A stretch of 64,000 nt of DNA, from NCBI RefSeq assembly GCF_030684315.1, contig NC_081355.1, forward strand, positions 21,787,316 to 21,851,315, read 5' to 3'. Source of the stretch: Stegostoma tigrinum. Lineage: Eukaryota. The position numbers were made by a program, and so were the translations under genes. Shown in pieces: positions 1 to 11,587 of the stretch (its first letter is position 1; each line of letters begins with the position of its first letter). The notes under the pieces are model-generated. The model searched no databases, was not told the origin of the DNA, and worked only from the letters and a program-made list of their open reading frames with translations.

Positions 1-2125
1 TTGGGGGGGGGGAGAAGGGTGTTGGGGGGGGGGAGAAGGGTGTTGGGGGGGGGGAGAAGGGTGTTGGGGGGGGGAGAAGGGTGTTGGGGGGGGGAAGAAG
101 GGTGTTGGGGGGGGGTTGGGGAAGAGGGTGTTGGGGGGGGGGGGAAGAAGGGTGTTGGGGGGGGGGAAGAAGGGTGTTGGGGGGGGGGAAGAAGGGTGTT
201 GGGGGGGGGGAAGAAGGGTGTTGGGGGGGGGGAAGAAGGGTGTTGGGGGGGGAGAGGTTGTTGGGGGGTGGGGAAGGGTTGTTGGGGGGGGGAAGGGTGT
301 TGGGGGGGGGGGGAAGAAGGGTGTTGGGGGGGGAAGAGGGTGTTGGGGGGGGGAGGGTGTTGGGGGGGGAAGAGGGTGTTGGGGGGGGGAAGAGGGTGTT
401 GGGGGGGGGGAAGAAGGGTGTTGGGGGGGGGGGGAAGAGGGTTGTTGGGGGGGGGGAAGGGTTGTTGGGGGGGGAGAAGGGTGTTGGGGGGGGGAAGGGT
501 TGTTGGGGGGGGGAAGAGGGTGTTGGGGGGGGGAAGAGGGTGTTGGGGGGGGGGGAGAAGGTGTTGGTGGGGGAGAGGTGTGGTGGGAGGGAGGGGGGAG
601 GGGGTGTTGGTGGGAAAGTGGGGTGGGGGTTGTTGGTGGGAAGTGGGGGGTGGGGGTGTTGGGGAATGTGGGGGGGGGGGGTGTTGGTGGGATGTGGGGA
701 GGGGGGTGTTGGTGGGAGGGGGGGGGGTTGGGTGGGAAGGGGGGGGGTGTTGGTGGGAGGAGGGGGGGGTGGTGTGGTGGGAAGGGTGGGGGGGGTTGGT
801 GGGAAGGGGGGGGGTTGTGGTGGGAGGGGGGGGGGTGTGGTGGGGGGGGGGGTTGTGGGGGGAACGGTTGGTGGGGAGGGGGGGGGTGTGGGGGGGAACG
901 CTTTGGTGGGAAGGGGGGGTCGGGAAGGGGGGGGGGGTCGGGAGGGGGGGGGGGTAGGGGGGAAGGGGGGGGGTCGGGAAGGGGGGGGGGTAGGGAAGGG
1001 GGGGGGGTCGGGAGGGGGGGGGGTCGGGAAGGGGGGGGGGGGGGCGGTGGGAATACATTGTGGGGGGGGGGGTGGAGGTGGGGGGAATGCATTGTGGGGG
1101 GGGTGGGGGGGAATGCATTGTGGGGGGGGGGAATGCGTTGGTGGGAAGGGGGGGGAAATGTGGGGGGTGGGGGAAACGTGTTGGTGGGAAGGGGGTGGGG
1201 AAGGGGGGGGTGGGGGAAAGGGGGGGGTGGGGGGAAGGGGGGGGGTGGGGGGAAAGGGGGGGGTGGGGGAAGAGGGGGGTGGGGGAAAGGGGGGGGTGGG
1301 GGAAAGGGGGGGTGGGGGAAAGGGGGGGGTGGTGAATGAAGGGGGGGGTGGTGGAAAGGGGGGGTGGTGGCAAAGGGGGGGTGGTGGAAAGGGGGGGTGG
1401 TGGAAGGGGGGGGTGGTGGAAAGGGGGGGGGGGAGAAGGGTGGTGGGGTGGGGGGGGGGGAAGGGTGGTGGTGGGGGGGGGGGGAAGGGTGGTGGTGGGG
1501 GGGGGGGGAAGGGTGGTGGTGGGGGGGGGGGGGAAGGGTGGTGGTGGGGGGGGGGGGGAAGGGTGGTGGTGGGGGGGGGAAGGGTGGTGGTTGGGGGGGG
1601 GGAGAGGGGAAGGGTGGTGGTTGGGGGGGGGAAGGGGATGGGTGGTGGTTGGGGGGGGGGGAAGGGTGGGTGGGTTGGGGGGGGGGGAGGGGTGGTGGTG
1701 GGGGGGGGGAAGGGTGGTGGTGGGGGGGGGGAAGGGTGGTGGTGGGGGGGGGGGGGAAGGGTGGTGGTGGGGGGGGGAGGGTGGTGGTGGGGGGGGGGAG
1801 AAGGGTGGTGGGGGGGGGGGGGGGGAAGGGTGGTGGTGGTGGGGGGGGGGGGAAGGGTTGGTGGTGGTGGGGGGGGGGGGCGAAGGGTGGTGGTGGTGGG
1901 GGGGGGGCGAAGGGTGGTGGTGGTGGGGGGGGGGAAGGGTGGTGGTGGGGGGGGGAAGGGGGTGGTGTGGGGGGGGGGGAAGGGTGGTGGTGGGGGGGGG
2001 GGGAAGGGTGGTGGTGGGGGGGGGGAGGGTGGTGGTGGTGGGGGGGGGGGGTGGGGGAAGGGTGGTGGTGGGAAGGGGGGGTGGGGGAAACGTTGTGGTG
2101 GGAAGGGGGGTGGAGGGGGGAAAGA
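1..2125. repeat. G-rich low-complexity tandem repeat (units such as G8-11-AAGAAGGGTGTT, later G8-11-AAGGGTGGTGGT), within MTURN intron 1
   Basis: Directly visible: long G runs separated by short A/T spacers, almost no C. The Gly-rich ORFs here are by-products. Confidence 0.95.
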
Positions 2126-2449
2126 ATGAGCAATCTCACTATGGGAGAGGAAAACAAATGCAGTCAGTTCTGACGCTCAGGTCTTTTGTTTGGCACCATT
2201 ACCCGAGGAGCAATGAGCCCAACCACTGCTCCCTGCGCGTGGACCTTATCGGGGGGGGCGGGGGAGGGGAAAGCAAACCCTCAGGAAAGGAGGGAGGGGT
2301 GTGGAGGAGCCATAGGTGGGTTTCTGTCAACGATGGTGGGCGAAGTAGGAATTAGACTATGGGGCCCAGCGGGGGCTCCCTCGGTTGTGGATTTCTGACA
2401 GGATAGGAAGGAGGGAAAAAGATGGGGAATCCAGGCGACGGTCAGAGGG

Positions 2450-3200
2450 ACCCGATAGCCCGGACTAGTGGCGTGGGGAACTGGCCACCGCTGTGTCGCA
2501 GCAAGGACGAGCTCGAATCCCTACTGGGAGGAGCGCGGAGGAACTGAAGGAGGATTCAGCAGCCCCCTCGAGTGGGGGAGGGGGTGAGGGTGCAGGGGTT
2601 ATCGCTCTGTGGTCACTCACGAAATTATCCCTGAAGTCGCTGTCCGGGCACAGGACGTAGAAGGAAACGCCGGGGTCCGCGTAGAAATCCAGTCGGCTCT
2701 CGGCCTCTTCAGTGGCGATCAGCTCGAACGGGGTGTTGTAGCACCACTTGTCCGCGATGTCGACGAACTGCTGGAATTCCATGGCCGCCCGCCGCCTCCG
2801 GCTCCTCCTCTCCGGTGTGGCTGGCCGGCGGGCGGAGGTGTTAGATGCGGTGGCGGGTGTTTACGAGTCAGTCCGGTCCGTTAGCGTCAGGCGCGATCTC
2901 TGCCGCCGCATCGGCCTCAGAGGAGAGCGCGGCTGATGGCGCGCGCCGCTCTTTGTTTTCGCTGTTGGGGGAGGGAAGGGACGGGAGTGGTCGCTGCTTT
3001 GCTTGTGGAACGGACGGTGTGCACCTCTATCACTGTAATGCGCCGCCGCACTGTGCGGCTCGCGCTCCTGCTCGCCACCAACCAATGCGAATGGCAGCGG
3101 CGCTGGGTGGGCGGGCAGTCCCACCCACACCGACGGCGGTATTGCTGCACGTGTATATTCTTGGATTAACATATGGTATCCGCCTACGTTGCTCATTTGT
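2450..3200 (-). promoter_or_regulatory. CpG island / MTURN promoter and 5' UTR
   Basis: GC- and CpG-rich segment around exon 1; CCAAT at ~3082-3086 and a GGGCGG box at ~3109-3114. Confidence 0.75.
2621..2782 (-). CDS. MTURN: Maturin (neural progenitor differentiation regulator), coding exon 1
   Basis: 162 nt = MEFQQFVDIADKWCYNTPFELIATEEAESRLDFYADPGVSFYVLCPDSDFRDNF, closely matching the recalled human MTURN N-terminus (MDFQQLADVAEKWCSNTPFELIATEETERRMDFYADPGVSFYVLCPD). Strong Kozak GCGGCC-ATG-G, followed by a GTGAGT donor at 2620-2615. Confidence 0.95.
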
Positions 3201-4139
3201 AAAGTCAGTCGTCTTTTGCGTTCTTAAAGACTGCACGTTTTGTCTTAAGAAACAAATAAACTAAGTTTAAACTTAAAAAAAGTACTTTAATTTATATAAT
3301 ACCTTTCTGGACCACAAGATGTTCGAAACAACTTTAAAGCAGATTACTGTATCTTTCACCTGCATTCCGACTGTAACTTCAGTGTGCATTACTCTACTAA
3401 CAATTCAAAACTAGGGGGCATATTTTGAACCCTCTAGCCATAGGGAAAATGCCCTTGTGCTTCACCTTATCTATGTTGTAAGATCACCCATCAACCCATG
3501 CTCCAGTGAAAATTGTCCTAGCCTATTCAAACCCTCCATTCCTGGCAAATCTACAATTTTCTTTTCAAAATTGCATAAATATAAACTGGATATTTGATTA
3601 ATTTAATTTGACTGAATAAAACTGTTTTGTATCCAGAATATAAGCATGAGGGTTGTGATGTGTGACCTTTATCAATTTTAAATTTGCAGACAGTTAAAAA
3701 AAATGAAGACAAATCATGTAGTTACCCATTAAGCAGTTGATGTAGTAGCTTACAACATATGTTCTTAGTAATGCTGAATGATATATTCTAACAAAAGAGA
3801 TTTTTGTCAATGATTTTTCTCTTGCACTCATCAGGACAATTTACAAGAATTAGCGATTTGAGGTAAGGCAACGTTAATACTATATGCCATACATTGGTTA
3901 TACTGCATCCACTGTACCCGGTGCGGCTTCCTCTACATTGGGGAAACCAAGCGGAGGCTTGGGGACCGCTTTGCAGAACACCTCCGCTCAGTTCACAACA
4001 AACAACTGCACCTCCCAGTCGCAAACCATTTCCACTCCCCCTCCCATTCTCTAGATGACATGTCCATCATGGGCCTCCTGCAGTGCCACAATGATGCCAC
4101 CCGAAGGTTGCAGGAACAGCAACTCATATTCCGCCTGGA

Positions 4140-5460
4140 AAAAAAATCCCACTTCCTACAGACTAAGGGGGTGGCCATGGGCACCCGCATGGGCCCCAGC
4201 TATGCCTGCCTCTTTGTAGGTTACATGGAACAGTCCCTCTTCCGCACCTACACAGGCCCCAAACCCCACCTCTTCCTCCGGTACATTGATGACGGTATCG
4301 GCGCCGCCTCTTGCTCCCCAGAGGAGCTCAAACAGTTCATCCACTTCACCAACACCTTCCACCCCAACCTTCAGTTCACCTGGGCCATCTCCAGCACATC
4401 CCTCACCTTCCTGGACCTCTCAGTTTCCATCTCAGGCAACCAGCTTGTTACTGATGTCCATTTCAAGCCCACCGACTCCCACAGCTACCTAGAATACACC
4501 TCCTCCCACCCACCCTCCTGCAAAAATTCCATCCCCTATTCCCAATTCCTCCGCCTCCGCGGCATCTGCTCCCACGATAAGACATTCCACTCCCGCACAT
4601 CCCAGATGTCCAAGTTCTTTAAGGACCGCAACTTTCCCCCCACAGTGATTGAGAACGCCCTTGACCGCATCTCCCGTATTTCCCGCAACACATCCCTCAC
4701 ACCCCGCCCCCAGAGGATCCCCCTCGTTCTCACACACCACCCTACCAACCTCCTGATACAACGCATTATCCTCCGACACTTCCGCCATTTACAATCCGAC
4801 CCCACCACCCAAGACATTTTTCCATCCCCTCCCCTGTCAGCTTTCCGGAGAGACCACTCTCTCCGTGACTCCCTTGTTCGCTCCACACTGCCCTTCAACC
4901 CCACCACACCCGGCACCTTCCCCTGCAACCGCAGGAAATGCTACACTTGTCCCCACACCTCCTCCCTCACTCCCATCCCAGGCCCCAAGATGACATTCCA
5001 CATTAAGCAGAGGTTCACCTGCACATCTGCCAATGTGGTATACTGCATCCACTGTACCCGGTGCGGCTTCCTCTACATTGGGGAAACCAAGCGGAGGCTT
5101 GGGGACCACTTTGCAGAACACCTCCGCTCAGTTCGCAACCAACAACTGCACCTCCCAGTCGCAAACCATTTCCACTCCCCCTCCCATTCTCTAGATGACA
5201 TGTCCATCATGGGCCTCCTGCAGTGCCACAATGATGTCACCCGAAGGTTGCAGGAACAGCAACTCATATACCGCCTGGGAACCCTGCAGCCATATGGTAT
5301 CAATGTGGACTTCACCAGTTTCAAAATCTCCCCTTCCCCTACTGCATCCCTAAACCAGCCCAGTTCGTCCCCTCCCCCCACTGCACCACACAACCAGCCC
5401 AGCTCTTCCCCCCCACCCACTGCATCCCAAAACCAGTCCAACCTGTCTCTGCCTCCCTAA
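4140..5460 (+). pseudogene. Open but N-truncated PLE ORF (C-terminal half of RT + thumb + GIY-YIG endonuclease)
   Basis: Uninterrupted frame in the ORF track; N-terminal RT motifs are missing. The first ~27 aa of the 4060 ORF derive from a duplicated endonuclease segment. Confidence 0.85.
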
Positions 5461-5684
5461 CCGGTTCTTCCTCTCACCCATCCCTTCCTCCCGCCCCAAG
5501 CCGCACCCCCAGCTACCTACTAACCTCATCCCACCTCCTTGACCTGTCCGTCTTCCCTGGACTGACCTATCCCCTCCCTACCTCCCCACCTACACTCTCT
5601 CCACCTATCTTCTTTACTCTCCATCTTCGGTCCGCCTCCCCCTCTCTCCCTATTTATTCCAGCTCCCTCTCCCCATCCCCCTCT

Positions 5685-5712
5685 CTGATGAAGGGTCTAG
5701 GCCCGAAACGTC
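5685..5712 (+). ncRNA. Minimal type I hammerhead ribozyme motif in PLE pLTR
   Basis: CTGATGA-A-GGGT(CTAG)GCCC-GAAAC-GTC: intact CUGANGA and GAAA boxes, 4-bp helix II, palindromic ACGT helix III, GUC cleavage triplet. Confidence 0.8.
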
Positions 5713-5778
5713 AGCTTTTGTGCTCCTGAGATGCTGCTTGGCCTGCTGTGTTCATCCAGCCTCACATTTTATTATCTT

Positions 5779-6055
5779 GGCATATTTTTAATGTTAGGAG
5801 GAAGGTTTATAAAGGACATGATGGGCAACTTTTTTCTCCCCTCACACAGAGTGGTTCATATGTGGAATGAACTGCCAGAGGAAGTGGTGGATGTAGATTA
5901 ACTTCCAACATTTAAAAGATGTTTGGATAAGTCCATGAATAGGAAAGGTTTGGAAGGATATAGGTCAAATGCAGGCAAGACGTATTTAGTTTGGGAAATA
6001 GTTGGTATGTACTAGATGAACTGAAGGATCTGTTTCCATGCTGTATGACTATAAG
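5779..6055 (+). mobile_element. CR1 LINE 3' end fragment
   Basis: Similar to the CR1 3' ends at 40250-40530 and 58220-58525 (…TGGAATGAACTGCCAGAGGAAGTGGTGG…GCTGTATGACT). Confidence 0.8.
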
Positions 6056-6127
6056 AGATTAACATTCTTTAAAGCTGTAGAGTATAAAAGATGCTCTAAA
6101 TGTCTGAATAAGATACTGTAAAGACAG

Positions 6128-6256
6128 AGATAATGGGAACTGCAGATGCTGGAGAATTCCAAGATAATAAAATGTGAGGCTGGATGAACACAGCAGGCCC
6201 AGCAGCATCTCAGGAGCACACAAGCTGACGTTTCGGGCCTAGACCCTCCATCAGAG
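6128..6256 (-). mobile_element. Solo PLE terminus (same family as 3895-5778) with 12-bp TSD
   Basis: Reverse complement of the 5680-5780 terminus plus a ~35-nt tail; flanked by CTGTAAAGACAG at 6116-6127 and 6257-6268. Hammerhead box mutated to CTGATGG. Confidence 0.9.
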
Positions 6257-6350
6257 CTGTAAAGACAGCTTCTGTTTACCTGCAGCCCAATGAAGACCTA
6301 ACAGTCAGGCATATAATTAAACCTAGAATTAAAAGAATAAACCTACTCAA

Positions 6351-7351
6351 CGATAGTAGGAACTGCAGATGCTGGAGAATCTGAGACAACAAGGTGTAGA
6401 GCTGGATGAACACAGCAGCCAAGCAGCATTAAAGGAAGAGGAAAGCTGATGTTTCGGGCCTAGGCCCTTTTTCAGAAGTGGGGGAGGGAATGGGGGCTCT
6501 GAAATAAATAGGGAGGTGGATACAATACGGATAGAAGATAGGTGGAAAGGAGACAGGTAGGTCAAAGAGGCAAGGATGGAGCCAGTAAAGGTGAGTGTAG
6601 GTGGGGAAGTAGGGAGAAAGGTCAGTGCAGGGAGGACGGACAGGTCAAGGGGATGGGATGGGGTTAGTAGGTAAGAGAAGGGGGTGGGGCTTGAGGTGGG
6701 AGGAGTGGATAGGTGGGAGGCAGGGACGAGTCGGGCTGGTTTTGGGATGCTGTAGGGGGAGGGTAGATTATGAAGCCTGTGAAGTCCACAACTGCACCTC
6801 CCAGTTGCGAACCATTTCAACACCACCGCCCATTCCTCAGATGACATGTCCATCCTGGGCCTCGTGCAGTGCCACAATGATGCTACCCGAAAGTTAAAGG
6901 AACAGCAACTCATATTCCGCTTGGGAACCCTGCAGCCCAATGATATCAATGTGGACTTCACAAGCTTCATAATCTCCCCTCCCCCTAATGAATCCCAAAA
7001 CTAGCCCAGTTCGTCCCTGCCTCCCTAACCTGTCCTTCCTCCCACCTCAAGCCCCACCCCTATCTCCTACCTACAACCTCTTCCCACCCCCTTGACCTGT
7101 CCGTCCTCCCTGAACTGACCTATCTCTCCGTACCTCCCCACCTACACTCACCTTTACTGGTTCCATCCCTGCCTCTTTGACCTGTTGGTCTCCTCTCCAC
7201 CTGTCTTCTCTTTTATCCATCTTCTATCCGCCTCCCCCTCTGTCTCTATTTATTTCAGAACCCCCTTCCCTCCCCCTTTTCTGAAGAAGTGTCTAGACCC
7301 AAAACGTCAGCTTTCCTGCTCCTCTGATGCTGCTTGGCCTGCTGTGTTCAT
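6351..7351 (+). mobile_element. PLE fragment with inverted 5' segment (~400-bp inverted arms)
   Basis: 6388-6790 is the diverged reverse complement of ~6950-7350; the centre encodes the GIY-YIG C-terminus. TSD AAACCTA(C/T)TCAA at 6339-6350 and 7352-7363. Confidence 0.88.
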
Positions 7352-7535
7352 CCAGCTCACCACCTTATCTCAAACCTATTCAAACTTTAGTTTTCAACCT
7401 GATACAGATACTTCCTTCATTTTAGTGTAACCCTCACTGTGTCTGGTGAAACTAAGAAATAAACACAATAAATTTAGATAAACCATGCTTCTTAGCCCCC
7501 TTGATCTCATCCTGAGTTAATATTTTAAATACTAG

Positions 7536-7573
7536 ATAACACTGTGTGAAGCTGAATGAACACAGCGGGCCAC
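7536..7573 (-). mobile_element. 38-bp PLE 3'-end insertion with 12-bp TSD
   Basis: ATAACACTGTGTGAAGCTGAATGAACACAGCGGGCCAC matches the PLE terminus; TTTAAATACTAG at 7524-7535 and 7574-7585. Confidence 0.8.
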
Positions 7574-8428
7574 TTTAAATACTAGTCCAGTCTAAGTGAT
7601 AGAAATTAACATGCATTTACCACCGGTACTAACTATATGTTTAAAATTTTAAATGAACAAAAGAATCATGGGTGAATATACATAAATTTGTGAATCCATG
7701 CAAAGCTGAGGCAAAAATGGTACAAGATTATATTGGCAAATCTAAAGTTGTTGATCAGTTCCTTCAACAGAGTTATCCATGGTAGAGGTCCTCTGATTAC
7801 TGGAATAGTATTATTACATTTGAGAAGGTAGAGAAACACTCATTATCAGAAACTTACTGATAAAAGAAAATAAGTTTAATCTCTCCAGAAAAGGGAAGTC
7901 TGTAGAGTCCAGATGACACAGTGGAAGTGTGATTAAATTCTCCTCCTGAAGGGCAATACAAACATAGAATAAGTTAAAAGAAAAACAGCTCTGAAATAGT
8001 CATCATAAACAGGTTCAAGGGATGATTTGACATGGAAAGGGAGAAAAAGAGGACCACGTGAGAGATAGGGGAAAACACAAAGGTGAATGGAGAACAACAG
8101 AGAAATCTTGGTCCCAACTTTTCAGTGATGAGAAAATAAGGTTATTCCTTCCAAAAGTCATTTCATTTTAAAATTACTATTTAGTAAAGCATAATGCATC
8201 TTGCAAAATTTCACATTAATAGTTATGCCATTCCATTCACAGCTTCTTGGTTTGGCACACTAAGGCTTTCGGTATCTGACTTACAAGTTTTACAGAATAA
8301 TGTTAAAAACAGTAAATATGAATTACTTAAAGAAAATATTGCTGCATGCTTTGACTGCTTCCACATTGAAAGGACATAACCACAAAAGTCTGGAAAACAA
8401 TACACCATTTTAAAGCAGTGCATGGCAC

Positions 8429-8434
8429 TTTATT
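8429..8434 (-). terminator. Candidate EAF1 polyadenylation signal (AATAAA), implying a ~1.2-kb 3' UTR
   Basis: TTTATT on the + strand at the end of a repeat-free AT-rich stretch downstream of the stop codon; inference only. Confidence 0.4.
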
Positions 8435-9661
8435 TGTCTCATCTGGAAATCCTGAGTGATATTCATGGACAAATCATATATCCTGCAGATGACGTTCTTA
8501 GCTTAGATGAGTTGTTCAGAGGAAGTGGTGCAAAAACAGTAAAATGAGTCACCAAAAGCACCCCTTTCCCCCGACACAGTTTCCAATGACTGGTTGTTCA
8601 GTGTTACTGGCAGAGATCTGGGAACAGATCTCTCACCCATTCATTAATATTACGAATGATACTATGATCGTGAATAGGGAGAAGAAAAATCAGACATAAA
8701 CAATAATGTTCTCTACTTTATGCACACAAAATTAGAAAAATTCAAATGAGAGAAATTCAAAAACAAAAAAAAATTATGGATGTAGATTACAGAATTTTTC
8801 ACTAAACTGCTTAAATAGTAAGAACTGTCTATTTTATATAGAAACATAAACATTCCAGGATAGCCTCAATTAACATAGCATTTAATTTTCCATTAAATGC
8901 TAAGACACCAATGCTGTTCCAGACGGATTTCGTTCACATTGTTGTTTTATGTTCGGATCACTGTGCCCAAAAGGCGTTTTTGGAAACTAAAACCCAGCCT
9001 AGCACCTTTTACAGTTACTTCTAAAAAATGAGCAATACTGCTACTGATTAATAAAGTCTTCAGTGCAAATTGTAGTCCTTACTAAAGACTTCAGCGACAG
9101 AATTCAAATTAGTATCCATTAAAGATTCATATCAATAACCAATATAAACTACCAACTTAATATCAGTCAGTTTATGAACACCTCGGTAGTTGTAGGACAC
9201 GGCCCTCCCAGAGAATTGTTTGTTTTCTTCTATGTGTGATATCTAATACATATATAAACCTGTACGATTCATAGTAATACGCAAGGTAAATAATGCCTTT
9301 ATACATAATCAAAATGTTTATACTTAGCTGTCTGTTCAATTCTGGATATGTAAGTTTGACATATATTCCACTGAAAATATATTTGATCAATAAGTTTTCA
9401 GAAAAAAATTAGAACAGCTGACAAAATATACAAATAAACCAAAATGCTCTAGCTTAACTTAGGAAAACCCAGCTAAATATATATTCAAGTTTAAAAGCAG
9501 TACATTAATTATCCAACACTCACATCTGACATTAAAATTGCAGAAAGGACATGCGTTATTACAGAAAAATAACTAATCTAGCTAATGGTTCAGCAAATTT
9601 CTACAGCGATGTCATCTCTGTGGTAGGTCATCGTGGAGGTAGTGGTCTATTTTCTTAAACT

Positions 9662-9708
9662 TCAATCATCACTGTCGCTTCCAGATTCACTCAATTGTAA
9701 GTCATTTC
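9662..9708 (-). CDS. EAF1: ELL-associated factor 1, coding exon 6 (last)
   Basis: (R)NDLQLSESGSDSDD*, identical to the recalled EAF1 C-terminus; TTTAG acceptor; phase consistent. Confidence 0.95.
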
Positions 9709-9902
9709 CTAAAGATAAAAAAGTTACGGGCATGTTACGGACAAAAAGCAACATTTATGTAACTATTCACATTATTTTTATTCTACAGCCAATCCTCCTC
9801 TATAGGGAAATATTAAGTTCTGGCTAGGCAATGTGCCCATGAGGTGCAGTTAGAAACTTAATCCACTTTAACAAACAAGCTTCATTAGGAATCTACCAGC
9901 CG

Positions 9903-9977
9903 CTGGGCCTGCTGTGTTCATCCAGCCTCACATTTTATTATCTTGGATTCTCCAGCATCTGCAGTTCCCATTATCAC
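9903..9977 (+). mobile_element. PLE terminus fragment with tail
   Basis: GGCCTGCTGTGTTCATCCAGCCTCACATTTTATTATCTTGGATTCTCCAGCATCTGCAGTTCCCATTATC, near-identical to the copies at 5740-5780 and 6128-6200. Confidence 0.85.
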
Positions 9978-11587
9978 AGAAAAAAAATGATTTGGTCCTA
10001 CAAAGGCCTGAAGCTCAGAGCTCAGCTGTGACGTTGCTGTGAAGGGCCCCTGGAGAGATTTTCCGAAGAGAAGTGGAGTCTATGGTGGTAGAGCTCAAAT
10101 TGTCCATGTGGAATTCACCGAACTACTCCAATAATAAGCTATCCCATAATTAAAAGGAAAAAAAAACTTAACCAATGGAATATTTCATTTCCTTTATATT
10201 TTATGGACAATAGTATTCAAGAATAAGAAGGAAACTTGTGAACCAATCCATGCTGTAAGCATTCTATTGACTGTTACAAGAAAGGCCTCTGAACAACTTA
10301 TATGCAGCTGCTTAGTAGTCTACAAGTTTCAGGGGGTCTATCAAAAATAAAATTCTAGTTATAATGCCCTCTGTCCACCACTGCTTATTGCAGACTGCGA
10401 GCAATGTCCTTTGCAAGCTATTTTTAGTGAAAAAGGATGAAACAGTGGGAAAACAATTTAACCTAACCAATTAGAATTAGGAATCCAGAGCTTATCACGA
10501 ATATCATAATCTGCTACAACAGCACTCATATGCTAGTTTGCACAGTCTGAGCCCAGGCTGTCCTCAACAATGCCACATGACCACAACCTAGAAACAGCAT
10601 TCATGCACCTTTCACACGTGGAGATGGATGTGGGGTGTTACAGCCCCCCCTACATTAAGTGTGACAATGCAGAAATTGAAATGTTGAGTAAAATGCCAAA
10701 TCAAACTAGATACTGACTGTAGTTGAGATGCAAATGCACAGGAACCATTCTAGAATTTGTAGCAATCAAACCAGCTGCAGGAAATTATTAATACTGACGG
10801 TCGGGTTGGACAAATAGACCAGAGGAAGACTAACCTTAATATTTGTACTCCATGCATGTTGTTTTCACTGTTGTTTTATTGCATCAACTACTGAAAATCA
10901 AAATAACTCTAAGTAACTGCAGTAGAAACTGCATTTATTGGCCTGGGACTAAGCTGGCTGGCATCTTATATTATATCTGGACCTCTTCCAAGATCTATTG
11001 GTTGCAACATTTCTAGCGATTCAAGAATTAATAAACCATTACTTCTTAAAAATGTAAAGCAAGTTCTGCATAGATTTCAAAATATTTGGGTGTTAATTTA
11101 TAATTTCATGAAGGAAGCTGGGGCAAATGCAGCAACATGCAACATCAGCAATAGTCAGCGTACCAGAATTAAAGGGAGTTAATAGGAGTCTACTTTTTAA
11201 CTATACAGGAGGGGAACTCATGAGAACATTTGGTACAAGACATGAAAATTTGATAGAAGTTCATTTCATTCTCAAATATTCTCAAACAGAAAACAAATTT
11301 CTGCCTTCTATATGGACAGGAAATATCTACAGCCTTTTGGGACATCCTTGAAAACTATGTAATCATAGCGGACAGAGTGTAATATTTTGTGCATGAACTA
11401 GCAGGTTTGGGCATCTTTGCCAGAAAAATAAACATGCTCATGTTATCAGCAGGTGCTTTTCTTTAGCTTATTATTGAATTATTCAGTGCAATGCATCTAA
11501 TTACAACTATCTAGCACAGAGAATAAACATAAATTTGTACCTTGTACAATAGAAAATTAAGAATTCAGTTAAGCATTGCCTACTTAC

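Larger units (their letters stand above)
3895..5778 (+). mobile_element. Penelope-like retroelement (Neptune-type), 5'-truncated and rearranged, young
   Basis: ORF 4060-5460 has PLE RT motifs (GVAMGTRMGPSYACLFVG; FLRYIDD), a Cys-rich linker (CNRRKCYTC) and a GIY-YIG endonuclease (NVVYCIHCTRCGFLYIGETKRRLGDHFAEH). It is followed by a pyrimidine-rich pLTR with a hammerhead motif. Confidence 0.93.

Noticed and set aside
1-2355. Long Gly/Trp/Val-rich ORFs (up to 682 aa)
   Set aside because: Open in all three frames because the G-rich repeat lacks stop codons; no coding signature.
2465-2620. C-terminal half of the 105-aa ORF 2465-2782
   Set aside because: Read-through into the intron beyond the GTGAGT donor; similarity to MTURN stops at …RDNF.
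4060-5460. Possible domesticated RT / telomerase-like or bacterial retron gene
   Set aside because: Motifs, GIY-YIG domain, pLTR and multiple related fragments identify an ordinary truncated PLE.
6227-6475. Active minus-strand hammerheads terminating EAF1 read-through
   Set aside because: Both have mutated core boxes (CTGATGG, CTGAAAA), so activity is unlikely.
10000-10660. GC-richer patches in the last EAF1 intron as exon or snoRNA
   Set aside because: The frames I translated have stops, and I found no convincing C/D or H/ACA architecture.
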